Source of the DNA: Eledone cirrhosa | Lineage: Eukaryota | Reading direction: 5' to 3' | Assembly: GCA_964016885.1 (NCBI GenBank) | Contig: OZ024749.1 | Coordinates: 34,658,001 to 34,722,000, forward strand | Length of the DNA: 64,000 nt | Shown: one piece after another, positions 1 to 12,407 of the stretch | How the letters are laid out: each line of letters begins with the position of its first letter | How positions within the stretch are numbered: position 1 is the first letter of the stretch | The notes under the pieces: model-generated | What the model saw: the letters and a program-made list of their open reading frames with translations, nothing else | Databases searched by the model: none | Told to the model about the DNA's origin: nothing | Made by a program: the position numbers and the translations under genes

Positions 1-339
1 GCTAGAGAGATCTTTGATCGGGATCCTGATGGTGTGTGTAGTACACAGCGATTTTCTCCCTCTCTCTCTCTCTTCCTCTCTCTCCCTCCATTGACGAATG
101 TTGTTTGATCTTTGGTGACGATAATGATGGTTTGTATTACATATTGATTTCTCTCTACCAAGTAAAAGGTGTGTACTTTCACTGTCTCTCTCTCCCCTTC
201 TCTCTATTGGTGGTGGTGGAGACCTGTGTATAATTATAGAATGGGTCTGGACATGTGAACAATTGAGAAGACTTCACTTAATGTTGTTTAATCTGTTTAA
301 TCGGAGTAGAAGAGTTAAAGGTAAATAAGATAAGTTAGA

Positions 340-1130
340 AAGTTAATATATCTTCTGTGTAGTGGAGATGAGTACTAGAGAGTGTTGGAGAGTGTTGTCT
401 GAGATGATGACATAAATTAGAGAGTTGATAATATATCTTCTGTGTGGTAGAGAAGAGTGTTGGAGAGTGTTGTCTGAGATGATGACATAAATTAGAGAGT
501 TGATAATATATCTTCTGCGTGGTAGAGAAGAGTGTTGGAGAGTGTTGTCTGAGATGATGTCATAAATTAGAGAGTTGATAATATATCTTCTGTGTGGTAG
601 AGAAGAGTGTTGGAGAGTTTTAGCTGAGATGGAGATAGAAGTTAGAGAGTTGATAATATATCTTCTGTGTGGTAGAGAAGAGTGTTGGAGAGTTTTGGCT
701 GAGATGGAGATAGAAGTTAGAGAGTTGATAATATATCTTCTGTGTGGTAGAGAAGAGTGTTGGAGAGTGTTGGCTGAGATGGAGATAGAAGTTAGAGAGT
801 TGATAATATATCTTCTGTGTGGTAGAGAAGAGTGTTGGAGAGTTTTGGCTGAGATTGAGATAGAAGTTAGAGAGTTGATAATATATCTTCTGTGTGGTAA
901 AGAAGAGTGTTGGAGAGTTTTGGCTGAGATGGAGATAGAAGTTAGAGGGTTTATAATATATCTTCTGTGTGGTAGAGAAGAGTGTTGGAGAGTGTTGGCT
1001 GAGATGGAGATAGAAGTTAGGGAGTTGATAATATATCTGTTGCCAGCTGAGATAGAGATAGAAGTTAGGGAGTTGATGATATATCTTCTGTGTGGTAGAG
1101 GCGAGTGTTGGAGGGTGTTGTCTAAGATAG
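340..1130. repeat. 75-bp tandem minisatellite, ~10 copies
   Basis: TCTTCTGYGTGGTAGAGAAGAGTGTTGGAGAG recurs at ~436, 511, 586, 661, 736, 811, 886 and 961. The 25-aa periodic ORF 575-1138 comes from this repeat. Confidence 0.95.
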
Positions 1131-1194
1131 GGAAATAAGAGCTGTGAGTGAAGATGCATGCTTATATTTCTTGGCTATTTCAATAGTTGTTATG

Positions 1195-1388
1195 ACAATC
1201 AAATATTAATAGCAATAACAACAATAGCATCAAAATTAGCCACAATATCAACTACAATAATAACAAGAACAACAGCAATAGCAACAACAATAGCCCAAAA
1301 AAATGACAACAATAACAACAGTAACACTAACAACAATATCAACAACAAAAACAATAACAGCAACAACAATAACAACAACAACAACAGT
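1195..1388. repeat. degenerate (AAC)n/(AAT)n trinucleotide tract
   Basis: Runs of aacaacaat/aacagc seen directly. Confidence 0.9.
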
Positions 1389-1947
1389 TTTTACAATGAA
1401 AAAATACCTTATTCTATTAAATTCTACTTTATACAAAAGGATATATTTTGACTCTTCTTAGCTGGAGTTGAATTGTTGGATAGACATGAAATGTTGTATT
1501 GAGAGGTCAAAGTGTTTGTGGTTTTTTTTTTTTTTGTTTTTGTTTACAAATGGATTAAAGAAAAAACAAATCTCTAAGAATAGCTTTGAAATAATGGCTC
1601 CTGTGTTATAGTGAGTGGCAAGTATGTGTTTAGGCATGTTAGTGTTGAATAGAGAAAGGCTTTGTTAAACTATCTCATGATTTTTCTTTTGAAGAAACAT
1701 CCTCATGTGTTAACCTTCATTGTATCTCCAATGTCTTTTGTGAACAACACATTAAATATTCTAATTTTTTCTTTCGTTTTTTTTTCAGTTTTTTTTCTTT
1801 AACTTCTCAGAGAAATTCTTCATTTCTGATTCAATATAGTTTGTTTGGTTGATATATCTGTGGGACACCAGATGTTGGGATTTTAGCAACTTTTTACCCA
1901 GTTTTCTCCAAGGCAGTGAGTTGTCTTCAACTGTTCCACTATCATGG

Positions 1948-2176
1948 ACCCTTTCATTACTTATATTTCTAATGAAAGACACTGCCTATGATTTTCAAAT
2001 TATTTTGAAAATCATCAAGAATTTGATGGGATTTAGTAATATAACTAACTTTCTCATTATTAAGTTGGTGTTTGGAACATAACTTAACAAAGGCTCTCAC
2101 ATAGAATTAGGATGGATAAGCAGTTTTGTAACATAGATCCAGGAGTTGCTTCAAGCAGTTTAGTATTGAAAGGGAT
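1948..2176 (+). mobile_element. TTAA/CCCTTT-ended MITE family B, decayed copy
   Basis: Shares atttctaatgaaagacactgcctatga...ttctcattattaagytggtgtttggaacataacttaacaaagg with copies at ~3695, 4080, 38417, 53030 and 53352 (+) and ~2925-3190, 50745-51008 and 51030-51206 (-). Confidence 0.7.
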
Positions 2177-4079
2177 AATATAGCTTGTTTCTTTGATAGT
2201 TTTGTGGAGCACCAGATGTTTCTTGGAACTTTAGCAATTTTCTCTTGGACAGTGATTCCCAACCTTTTCACTGTTAACCTTAACTCTTAACATCATGTAA
2301 TGATTTAGCAGAAAATATTATCTAAAACGGATTTATTAATTCAAATGTTTATAGTATCTTTACTGATGGACAGGTCTTCGTAAAATTTCGCAGTATTAGA
2401 GTAAATACTTTCATTTTTAATATTATGCAGTTATAGTGCTGTTTTGTACTAAATGTTTATAGTATAATTAGTAGTGAACAGATTGTTGTTAACCTGTGTA
2501 GCATTAGAGTAAATAGTTTAATTTTTAATATAGTGCTGTTTTGTACTTTTTAAGAATGTTTTGCTAATGTAGTTTCATGTGGTACAGGATGTTATAAGTT
2601 AAATACATTTTTCCTAGAATCCCTGTTACAATTACTCTTCTCCCTAGCTTGTTATACAGAAAAAAAATGTTTATACTTAGAGAAGAATAAATACCCAACA
2701 GTGTCTATATATTATATTTTTTATGAAATATTTGAAATTTTTATACAGTGAGAATAACAATCAAAAGAGAAAAATGGTTAGAGTTAGAGACAAATCGATA
2801 CTCAATAGTGTATATATCTTTATATATAAAGTTGTAGTTCCTATCTGTTTGTTTGTCACTTCCCATCCCATGCACTGACGCTAGGTCTCCAACACTACCT
2901 CTTCCAGTCTGTCATTCTTTATTAACTCCTTTTGACACTAGACTGCCTGAAACTGTCCCTGTTTCTATGATTTAAAAAAAAGTTGATCATTTTAAAGTGT
3001 TTATATTTATCTAAAAACCTTCCATCATAATTATACATAAGGACCTTTGTTAAGTAATGTTCCAAACACCAGCTTGATAAAGAGAAAGCTGGCTACATTT
3101 CTAAATCTGTCAAAATTCTTGATTACTTTAAAAAATTATTTGAAAAACTTACAACCAGTCCTTTCCATTAAAGATATGGTAAGGAAAGGGTTACAGGGTA
3201 AGCAGCAATGTAACTTGCAAGCAGATTTTATAATAAAAGGAGACACTGCTTAAAGTTGCTAATTTCATGAAATTTGAAACTGTAACAGACTATTTTTGTT
3301 GTTTGATATAAATATTTAAAATGTTTTCTCACTCTGGGAAAAAAAAATGTCTGGTATAATTCTTTGGGGAATTTAAAAAAAAAACAACTACTAAATTTTG
3401 AAATGAATAAGTCCAAACGTTAAAACTGCAATGTTTAAAATAGAAACAGGCTCTTATTATTTCTAAACTAATTCTTTTTTTTTTAATTCCATATGGTTGC
3501 AATAATATTATCAAAACATCTTACCTTGTTTTGTGTGTCAGGTTTCTTCTATGTATGGTTTAATTTGAATCTTTTACAATGAAAGAATTTTATCACTACA
3601 GTATTATATTATTACATAAAATCAACATGATATTGTCATCTGTGATTTACCATTGATATAAATCAACTCAGCCTTGACCCTACTGCTGATCATCTTAACC
3701 CCTTTGTTGCTATATTTCTAATGAAACACACATATGTGTTTCAAATATTTTTGAAAATACTTAAGAATTCCAAGTGATTTAGTAATTTAGTGGATGTTCT
3801 CATTATTAAACTGGTATTTGGAACATAACTTAACAAAGGTTCTTACATAAAATTATGACAGAAGATTTTTAGATAAAACAAATCCACTACACACTGTGAT
3901 ATCATCCCAGGTCTAGATCTAGGAAACAGTGCCCCCAATTTTAATGGGTTTGTATTTAAATTAAAATCGTCCAACATAATTTTAGTAAATTCCACCAAAT
4001 TTTTCATGAATTAAGTGAAATAGTGTATTTCATTAGAAATGCTGTTGTGAAAATATGGCATGCCACTTAAAAGTATGTA

Positions 4080-4519
4080 TAACCCTTTCCTTATTGTATT
4101 TCTAATGAAAAATATTGCCTTCATTTTCAAATAATCAGAAATTTGGAGGGATTTAGTTAATATAACTAATTTTATCATTACTAAGCTGGAGTTTGCACAA
4201 AGGTTCTTACAAAAGATTATAATGTTAAATTTTTTGATAAACATAAACACCTTAACCTTTTAACATTTAAATCAGCCATATCTGGCTAGAATTCTCACAC
4301 CTCTTTCTGTTCAAATTGGCTGTAACAAGCCACTCATACTGATGTTAAGGTGGGGTTCTCAAAATAAATAATATAAAAATCTCATAGATTCAATATTATG
4401 TGAAATAATTATGTGAAAATATAATAGTTAATAAAGAGTAATGTAAATGTTAAAGGGTTAAAATAGGGTTATCATAGAACCAAAGGCAGTTTCAGGTAGC
4501 TTGATATTAAAAGGGTTAA
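4080..4519 (+). mobile_element. MITE family B containing nested MITE family A
   Basis: Termini are taaccctttc...aaaagggttaa. The internal segment 4252-4461 is a second TTAA-bounded element. Confidence 0.75.
4252..4461 (+). mobile_element. TTAA-flanked MITE family A (piggyBac-like termini)
   Basis: TTAA-cctttaacattta...taaatgttaaaggg-TTAA terminal inverted repeat. Homologous copies at 23848, 38588, 40850 and 45078. Confidence 0.8.
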
Positions 4520-4858
4520 AAAAATATAGGTGGGGGTCTGTTTTAAGGTTGGGAATTGGGAATGCAAAATCAATAATAGAGTTCAGACTCAATAAATTGA
4601 TTCATGAAAATATTGATTTTGAATTGTGAAAAGTATAGATTTCCCTGACTATGTTGATAGGGGAGGGTCCCTGAACAGGGTGTAACCAGCCTAGAAGGGC
4701 ATGTGTTGTTTATAAATTACAGCTGAAAGAAAGGAACGTGGTTATAACATTATTTGAAACCATCTGTGTCAAATATTATTCTCGTCTTACCTCCACATAA
4801 TACAACCTGTTGGTATTATAATTTCTTTGTTGTGTTACACAATATAGATATAACAATA

Positions 4859-5120
4859 GAGGCACGTGGCTTAGTGGTTAGGGTGTTTGGCTCTGTATTA
4901 TAAGGTTGTGGGTTTGAGTAAGACTCTATTTTATGTTGCTCCAGTTTATTCAACTGGAATAAATAAATGAGTTGTACCAGTAATTCAAAGGACCTGCCTT
5001 GTCATCCACTGTGTCATGTTGAATCTCTCTGAGAACTATGTTAGGGATACACGTTTATAGAATGCTCAGCCACTTGCACGTTAATTTCACAAGAAAGCTG
5101 TTCAGTTGATCAAACAACTA
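4859..5120 (+). mobile_element. tRNA-headed SINE (decayed)
   Basis: A-box-like ggcttagtggttaggg head. Body with ttgctccagtttattcaactgg and gctcagccacttgcacgttaatttca is shared with many copies in the window. Confidence 0.75.
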
Positions 5121-5184
5121 TAGCTATGTTGTACTACACAGCATAGCGCATAGCTATAGTTGATATAACTACATCATAAGGGTG

Positions 5185-7095
5185 AATGTGGGGTGGGTAT
5201 TAATGGAGGTAGCTGACTGTTGTTGGGGTGAAAGTAGGGTGGGTATTACTGGAGGTAGCTGGCTCTTGTTGGGGGTGAAATTAGGGTGGGTATTACTGGA
5301 GGTAGCTGGCTGTTGTTGGGGTGAAAGTAGGGTGGGTATTACTGGAGGTAGCTGGCTGTTGTTGAGGTGAAAGTAGGGTGGGTATTACTGGAGGTAGCTG
5401 GCTGTTGTTGGGGTGAAGGCAGGGTGGGTATTACTGGAGGTAGCTGGCTGTTGTTGGGGTGAAATTAGGGTGGGTATTACTGGAGATAGCTGGCTGTTAT
5501 GGGGTTAAATTAGGGTGGGTATTACTGGAGGTAGCTGGCTGTTGTTGGGGTGAAATTAGGGTGGGTATTACTGGAGATAGCTGGCTGTTGTTGGGGTGAA
5601 ATTAGGGTGGGTATTACTGGAGGTAGCTGGCTGTTGTTGGGGTGAAATTAGGGTGGGTATTACTGGCGGTAGCTGGCTGTTGTTGGGGTGAAATTAGTGT
5701 GGGTATTACTGGAGGTAGCTGGCTGTTGTTCGGGTGAAATTAGGGTGGGTATTACTGGAGGTAGCTGGCTGTTGTTGGGGTGAAATTAGGGTGGGTATTA
5801 CTGGAGGTAGCTGGCTGTTGTTGGGGTAAAGGCAGGGTGGGTATTATTGGAGATAGCTGGCTGTTGTTGGGGTGAAATTAGGGTGGGTATTACTGGAGGT
5901 AGCTGGCTGTTGTTGGGTTGAAATTAGGGTGGGTATTACTGGAGGTAGCTGGCTGTTGTTGGGGTAAAGGCAGGGTGGGTATTACTGGAGGTAGCTGGCT
6001 GTTGTTTGGGTAAAGGCAGGGTGGGTATTACTGGAGGTAGCTGGCTGTTGTAGGGGTAAAGGCAGGGTGGGTATTACTGGAGGTAGCTGGCTGTTGTTGG
6101 GGTGAAAGTAGGGTGGGTATTACTGGAGGTAGCTGGCTGTTGTTGGGGTGAAAGTAGGGGGGGTATTACTGGAGGTAGCTGGCTGTTGTTGGGGTGAAAT
6201 TAGGGTGGGTATTACTGGAGGTAGCTGGCTGTTGTTGGGTTGAAATTAGGGTGGGTATTACTGGAGATAGCTGGCTCTTGTTGGGGTGAAAGTAAGGTGG
6301 GTATTACTGGAGGTAGCTGGCTGTTGTTCGGGTGAAATTAGGGTGGGTATTACTGGAGGTAGCTGGCTGTTGTTGGGGTAAAGGTGGGGGTGGGTATTAC
6401 TGGAGGTAGCTGGCTGTTGTTGGGGTGAAGGCAGGGTGGGTATTACTGGAGGTAGCTGGCTGGTGTTGGGGTGAAATTAGAGTGGGTATTACTGGAGGTA
6501 GCTGGCTGTTGTTGGGGTGAAAGTAGTGTGGGTATTACTGGAGGTAGCTGGCTGTTGTTGGGATGAAATTAGGGTGGGTATTACTGGAGGTAGATGGCTG
6601 TTGTTGGGGTCAAAGTAGGGTGGGTATTACTGGAGGTAGCTGGCTGTTGTTGGGGTGAAAGTAGGGTGGGTATTTCTGGAGGTAGCTGGCTGTTGTTGGG
6701 GTGAAAGTAGGGTGGGTATTACTGGAGGTAGCTGGCTGTTGTTGGGGTGAAAGTATGGTGGGTATTACTGGAGGTAGCTGGCTGTTGTTGGGGTGAAAGT
6801 AGGGTGGGTATTACTGGAGGTAGCTGGCTGTTGTTGGGGTGAAAGTAGGGTGGGTATTACTGGAGGTAGCTGGCTGTTGTTGGGGTGAAAGTAGGGTGGG
6901 TATTACTGGAGGTAGCTGGCTGTTGTTGGGGTGAAAGTAGGGTGGGTATTACTGGAGGTAGCTGGCTGTTATTGGGGTGAAAGTAGGGTGGGTATTACTG
7001 GAGGTAGCTGGCTGTTGTTGGGGTGAAAGTAGGGTGGGTATTACTGAAGGTAGCTGGCTGTTGTTGGGGTAAAGGCAGGGTGGGTATTACTGAAG
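5185..7095. repeat. 46-bp G-rich tandem minisatellite, ~41 copies
   Basis: Unit GGGTGGGTATTACTGGAGGTAGCTGGCTGTTGTTGGGGTGAAA(G/T)TA; period 46 (e.g. 5284 to 5330). Confidence 0.97.
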
Positions 7096-7282
7096 TTATA
7101 TACATGAATCCATGATCAAAGTAAAATTAAAATATTTCCAGGAAAGAAGAAAAAAGTGTCTTTTGTTCCTAAGTTTTAGTTTTTTAAAAGACTCAGATAA
7201 TCTTTTTCTTTAGGTTAGAAATTCTTAAGAACCTGAAATATATTGTGTTAGAATCAGCTGACTGTCAAGGTTACTATAGCTT

Positions 7283-9270
7283 TGTGTGTGTATGTGTGGT
7301 AGTGTGTGGCTGTGTATGAGTGAGTGTATGTGTGGTTGTGTGTGTGTGCCTTTGTGCATGTGTGGCTGTGTGGTTGTGTGTGGCTGTTTGTGAATCTCTG
7401 TGTGTGGCTGTGTGTTTGTGTGGTTGTGTGTGGCTGTGTGGTTATGTGTGCGTGATTTTGTGTATGTGTGGCTTTTTGTGAATCTCTGTGTGTGGCTGTG
7501 TGTTTGTGTGGTTGTGTGTGGCTGTGTGGTTATGTGTGCGTGATTTTGTGTATGTGTGGCTTTTTGTGAATCTCTGTATGTGGCTGTGTGTTTGTGTGGT
7601 TGTGTGTGGCTGTGTGGTTATGTGTGCGTGACTTTGTGTATGTGTGGCTTTTTGTGAATCTCTGTGTGTGGCTGTGTGTTTGTGTGGTTGTGTGTGGCTG
7701 TTTGTGAATCTCTGTGTGTGGCTGTGTGTTTGTGTGGTTGTGTGTGGCTGTGTGGTTATGTGTGCGTGACTTTGTGTATGTGTGGCTTTTTGTGAATCTC
7801 TGTGTGTGGCTGTGTGTTTGTATGGTTGTGTGTGGCTGTTTGTGAATCTCTGTGTGTGGCTGTGTTTTTGTGTGGTTGTGTGTGGCTGTGTGGTTATGTG
7901 TGCATGACTTTGTGGATGTGTGGCTTTTTGTGAATCTCTGTGTGTGGCTGTGTGTTTGTGTGGTTGTGTGTGGCTGTTTGTGAATCTCTGTGTGTGGCTG
8001 TGTGTTTGTGTGGTTGTGTGTGGCTGTGTGGTTATGTGTGCGTGACTTTGTGTATGTGTGGCTTTTTGTGAATCTCTGTGTGTGGCTGTGTGTTTGTATG
8101 GTTGTGTGTGGCTGTTTGTGAATCTCTGTGTGTGGCTGTGTGTTTGTGTGGTTGTGTGTGGCTGTGTGGTTATGTGTGCATGACTTTGTGGATGTGTGGC
8201 TTTTTGTGAATCTCTGTGTGTGGCTGTGTGTTTGTGTGGTTGTGTGTGGCTGTTTGTGAATCTCTGTGTGTGGCTGTGTGTTTGTGTGGTTGTGTGTGGC
8301 TGTGTGGTTATGTGTGCGTGACTTTGTGTATGTGTGGCTTTTTGTGAATCTCTGTGTGTGGCTGTGTGTTTGTATGGTTGTGTGTGGCTGTTTGTGAATC
8401 TCTGTGTGTGGCTGTGTGTGGCTGTGTGGTTATGTGTGCGTGACTTTGTGTATGTGTGGCTTTTTGTGAATCTCTGTGTGTGGCTGTGTGTTTGTGTGGT
8501 TGTGTGTGGCTGTTTGTGAATCTCTGTGTGTGGCTGTGTGTTTGTGTGGTTGTGTGTGGCTGTGTGGTTATGTGTGCGTGACTTTGTGTATGTGTGGCTT
8601 TTTGTGAATCTCTGTGTGTGGCTGTGTGTTTGTATGGTTGTGTGTGGCTGTTTGTGAATCTCTGTGTGTGGCTGTGTGTTTGTGTGGTTGTGTGTGGCTG
8701 TGTGGTTATGTGTGCATGACTTTGTGGATGTGTGGCTTTTTGTGAATCTCTGTGTGTGGCTGTGTGTTTGTGTGGTTGTGTGTGGCTGTTTGTGAATCTC
8801 TGTGTGTGGCTGTGTGTTTGTGTGGTTGTGTGTGGCTGTGTGGTTATGTGTGCGTGACTTTGTGTATGAGTGGCTTTTTGTGAATCTCTGTGTGTGGCTG
8901 TGTGTTTGTATGGTTGTGTGTGGCTGTTTGTGAATCTCTGTGTGTGGCTGTGTGTTTGTGTGGTTGTGTGTGGCTGTGTGGTTATGTGTGCGTGACTTTG
9001 TGTATGTGTGGCTTTTTGTGAATCTCTGTGTGTGGCTGTGTGTTTGTGTGGTTGTGTGTGGCTGTTTGTGAATCTCTGTGTGTGGCTGTGTGTTTGTGTG
9101 GTTGTGTGTGGCTGTGTGTGTATGTGTGTGTATGTGGCTGTGTGTGTGTATGTGTGTTGAACTGTAATTGTCTGTGTGTATGTATATGTGTGTGGTTGTG
9201 TATGTGACTGCATTAGTGTATACACATATATATATGTGTGACAGTATTTGTATATATGTGTGGTTGTGTG
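7283..9270. repeat. TG-derived compound minisatellite with alternating 88+50-bp subunits
   Basis: GAATCTC anchor spacing alternates 88 and 50 bp (7656, 7706, 7794, 7844, 7932...), grading into simple (TG)n at the edges. Confidence 0.92.
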
Positions 9271-9829
9271 TCACACACAAACACATGCAAACATGCAAAC
9301 TCACGCATACTCACATGCGTGTTTCATGTTCTGGTCAGGTTGACAGTAAATACAATTGTCACTCCAATCACCAGCACCACCACCACCACTACCAACACTA
9401 CCTTTTCCTCCCTCCATAACAACTGAACACCGCCCCCCCCCCTTCCACCACAACTGAACATTACCACCACCACCACCATCACCACCTTTCCCCCTTCCAC
9501 CACAACTGAACATTACCACCATCACCACCATCACCACCACCATCACCACCACAACCACCACCACCACCACCACCTTTGCTCTGTCCTATGCCTTCTTGGT
9601 TTTTCAAAAAAAAAACAAGATGGCATAGGACAGAACAAAGGAGAGGCACAAAACAAAGAAAAGAATCCCCAGTCACTGAAGAGGTCACAGAATGTGTGAC
9701 GAAAGAACTTTGACAATATATGAACAACCATCCGGTTATGGAACCAACCAACCGGAAATTTATAATAAATTGAAGTGAAAGCAACTGGTGCGTGTGTTTC
9801 TTATTGGCAACATGACCCTCCCAAAGTAT

Positions 9830-9871
<42 letters not shown>

Positions 9872-9872
<1 letters not shown>

Positions 9873-10003
9873 CCAGATCTGCACAGATCAAATACTAATG
9901 TGTTGTTCTATCTCAAGTACGACTATATATATATATATATATATATATATTGTCATACTTAAGATAGAACAACACAGTACTGTTTGATCTGTGCAGATCT
10001 GGT
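9872..10003. repeat. inverted repeat (~52-bp arms) centred on a (TA)n tract
   Basis: accagatctgcacagatcaaa...gttgttctatctcaagtacgac / gtcatacttaagatagaacaac...tttgatctgtgcagatctggt. Confidence 0.9.
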
Positions 10004-10360
10004 TAGATTAAGTGCAAAAATATTAAGTATTTCTGCTACATTGTTAATGTAATGTGAGTATGTATGTCTTTATGTGTTTTAGTATTGGTATATGTAAGTG
10101 ACTGAGTGTGCATGTGTGTTTATTATATTTTGATATTTCCCTGTTTCACAATACTATTAAGGTGTTATGATCAAAACTACACAATATAAAGTGATGTCCA
10201 AGTGAGAAAAGGTTGTATTTTTCTCTGTGTTTCAATATTTTCTTTGTTCTGTCCATTGTTCTGTACACAATAAATGTAAGGGAAAACAGAAATATATACG
10301 ACTTAAAAACATTCTGAAATAAATATATGGATTGTGATGTTTTAAATAATAATTTTTTTA

Positions 10361-10398
<38 letters not shown>

Positions 10399-10526
10399 GT
10401 GTGTGTGTGTATATGTATGTGTGTGTGTGTGTGTATATATGTATGTGTGTGTGTTTATGTATGTGTGTGTATATATATAATAGTAAATATAGTAAAGGCC
10501 ATGTGAAGTTGTGTATAAGTTTATTT

Positions 10527-10679
10527 ACTGTATTTCCCGACGTCAAAGACACTACTTTTTTCCTAAAATAAGTCTCAAAAATCTACCATGCATCCTAGAG
10601 GCCGAAGGTTGTTTATTATTTTTTTTCAAATTTTTGGTTGTCAAAATTAGGTGTGTCCTTGGCGCCAGGAAATATAGTA
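10527..10679. mobile_element. TA-flanked Tc1/mariner-superfamily (Tc2/pogo-like CYGTA terminus) MITE
   Basis: TA-ctgtatttcccgacgtcaaagacac ... gtgtccttggcgccaggaaatatag-TA TIRs. A second copy in opposite orientation lies at 13538-13882. Confidence 0.8.
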
Positions 10680-10824
10680 CCTATTATACATATTTTGCTG
10701 GGGGTTGATGATTAGGTGGTGTGATTTCCATGTATCCGACAGCCTGAGTTCATCAGATAGCAATAAGAGATGTAAACAAGCAACTTCTAGGTTTTTTTTA
10801 TATGAGAGGCTGGCATATATATAT

Positions 10825-12099
10825 ATCATCATCATCATCATCATCATCATCATCGTTTAACGTCCATCTTCCACGCTTGCATGGGTTTGGACGGGAGTTT
10901 TCCCACTTGAGGCAAGATTGGTTGTCCTGCTCGTAAAGGACTGTCTGGCGGGTTTTCTACGGCTGGATGCCTTTCCTAACACCAACCATGTTTACAGTGT
11001 GGACTGGGAGGTTTTTACCGTGCTACCTACACGGCCACATTACAGCGTGGACTGTGTGTTTTTTTGTCGTGACACCTACACGTCTGGCAGGTTTTCTACG
11101 GCTGGATGCCCTTCCTAACACCAGCCACGTTTACAGTGTGGACTGGGAGGTTTTTACCGTGTTACCTACACGGCCACATTACAGCGTGGACTGTGTGTTT
11201 TTTTGTCGTGACACCTACACGACCTCATTTGTTTCGGTCTGGATGTTGTGGTACCAACATAACTTCACATTTAAGGGGGTGGTGTGGATGGGGTGGGGGT
11301 AGTGGGACAGGGGTGTATTTTTGTTAGAGGTGCTTCCTGACTGTAGGTTCCGCTTTGTACTTAGGCAAGGCGGATCTTCTGTATTACTGTGTAGTGCCAT
11401 AGATCTCAGTCCAGTGACATTGTCTTGGAGAGGTGTAAGTGTGTGAGGTCGGAATTTATCAAGTCGTCCCAGGTTTTTCTGGGTCTGCCTACTCCGTGGC
11501 TACCATCTATTTTTATCGTCCTGCACTTTTTTATACAGCTGTCGTCTTTCATGCGCATCATGTGACCGTACCAACGTAGTCTTCTCTCGAGTAAACAACA
11601 TCTGATCCCTCTTATTCCTAATTTCTCCCTTAGTTCGTTTATGCTTTGCCATTCACGTATATTACTATTACACATCCAGCGGAGCATGCAAGCTTCATTC
11701 CTCTCCAGTCTGCATATATCCTCTGCACACAATGCCCAGGTCTCACTGCCATGTAACATTGCTGTTCGTTTGCAGGCATCATAGAGCCTGCCTTTCATTT
11801 TTAGAGAGAACCCTTTAACGGCCAATAGTGGTATAAACTCTCTGAAATTTTTTCATCCCGTTCTGACTCTAGCTACTGTACTTTCAGAACACCCTCCCCC
11901 ACTGCTGATTTTGTCACCCAGGTAACGGAAGGTGTCCACTATTTCAATAGAACCATCTGTGCAATGGAATGAGCTAGTATTCTGTGGGCACTTGCTGCTA
12001 CTTATTGCACCAGAGCACCGGCCGCATATAAAATCTATATTCTTAGTTAGCTTACCTGGGATCCCACTACATCTTTTATGCACCCATACTTTGCATTTG
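10825..12099 (-). mobile_element. 5'-truncated RTE-clade LINE (C-terminal ORF part, 3'UTR, (ATG)n tail)
   Basis: Minus-strand translation includes KCKVWVHKRC...FRYLGD...MLHGSETW...RRLRWYGHMMRM...GRPRKTW, the typical RTE C-terminus, with a frameshift near 11853. Tail reads (CAT)n on +. Highly similar to 59571-60917. Confidence 0.93.
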
Positions 12100-12407
12100 A
12101 TATACACACATGTATATATACATACAAAGATATATATGGCATATTATTATCATGATTGATTTTTTCCACTTTATATTTCAGGAACTTTATCAACAACTGG
12201 TCATTCCACCAACTTTGTATTTACCATTGAAGTTCCAAGTGACAAGGAACAGAGTTACTGGGTGAAAAGGGGTGTGGCCTTACTGTGTGCACTGAATTAT
12301 TAATCTCACTGTTTGAACTGTATGGGAAATAAAATTAGTTGATGATTGTAGTTTTCTCATTATTTCCTGAGTAGCTTCATTACATGCACATGCACACATG
12401 TGTGTAT

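Noticed and set aside
1-326. Possible 5' exon ending at AAG|GTAAAT (320/321)
   Set aside because: Only a donor-like motif; no ORF or other support in the window.
575-1138. 187-aa ORF with 25-aa repeats as a protein gene
   Set aside because: It coincides exactly with a 75-bp minisatellite; upstream units contain stops and no domain is recognisable.
5280-6570. TTAGGG hexamers as interstitial telomere
   Set aside because: Single hexamers embedded in a 46-bp unit, never tandem.
7442-9304. 620-aa His/Thr-rich ORF
   Set aside because: Translation of the CA strand of a TG-derived satellite.
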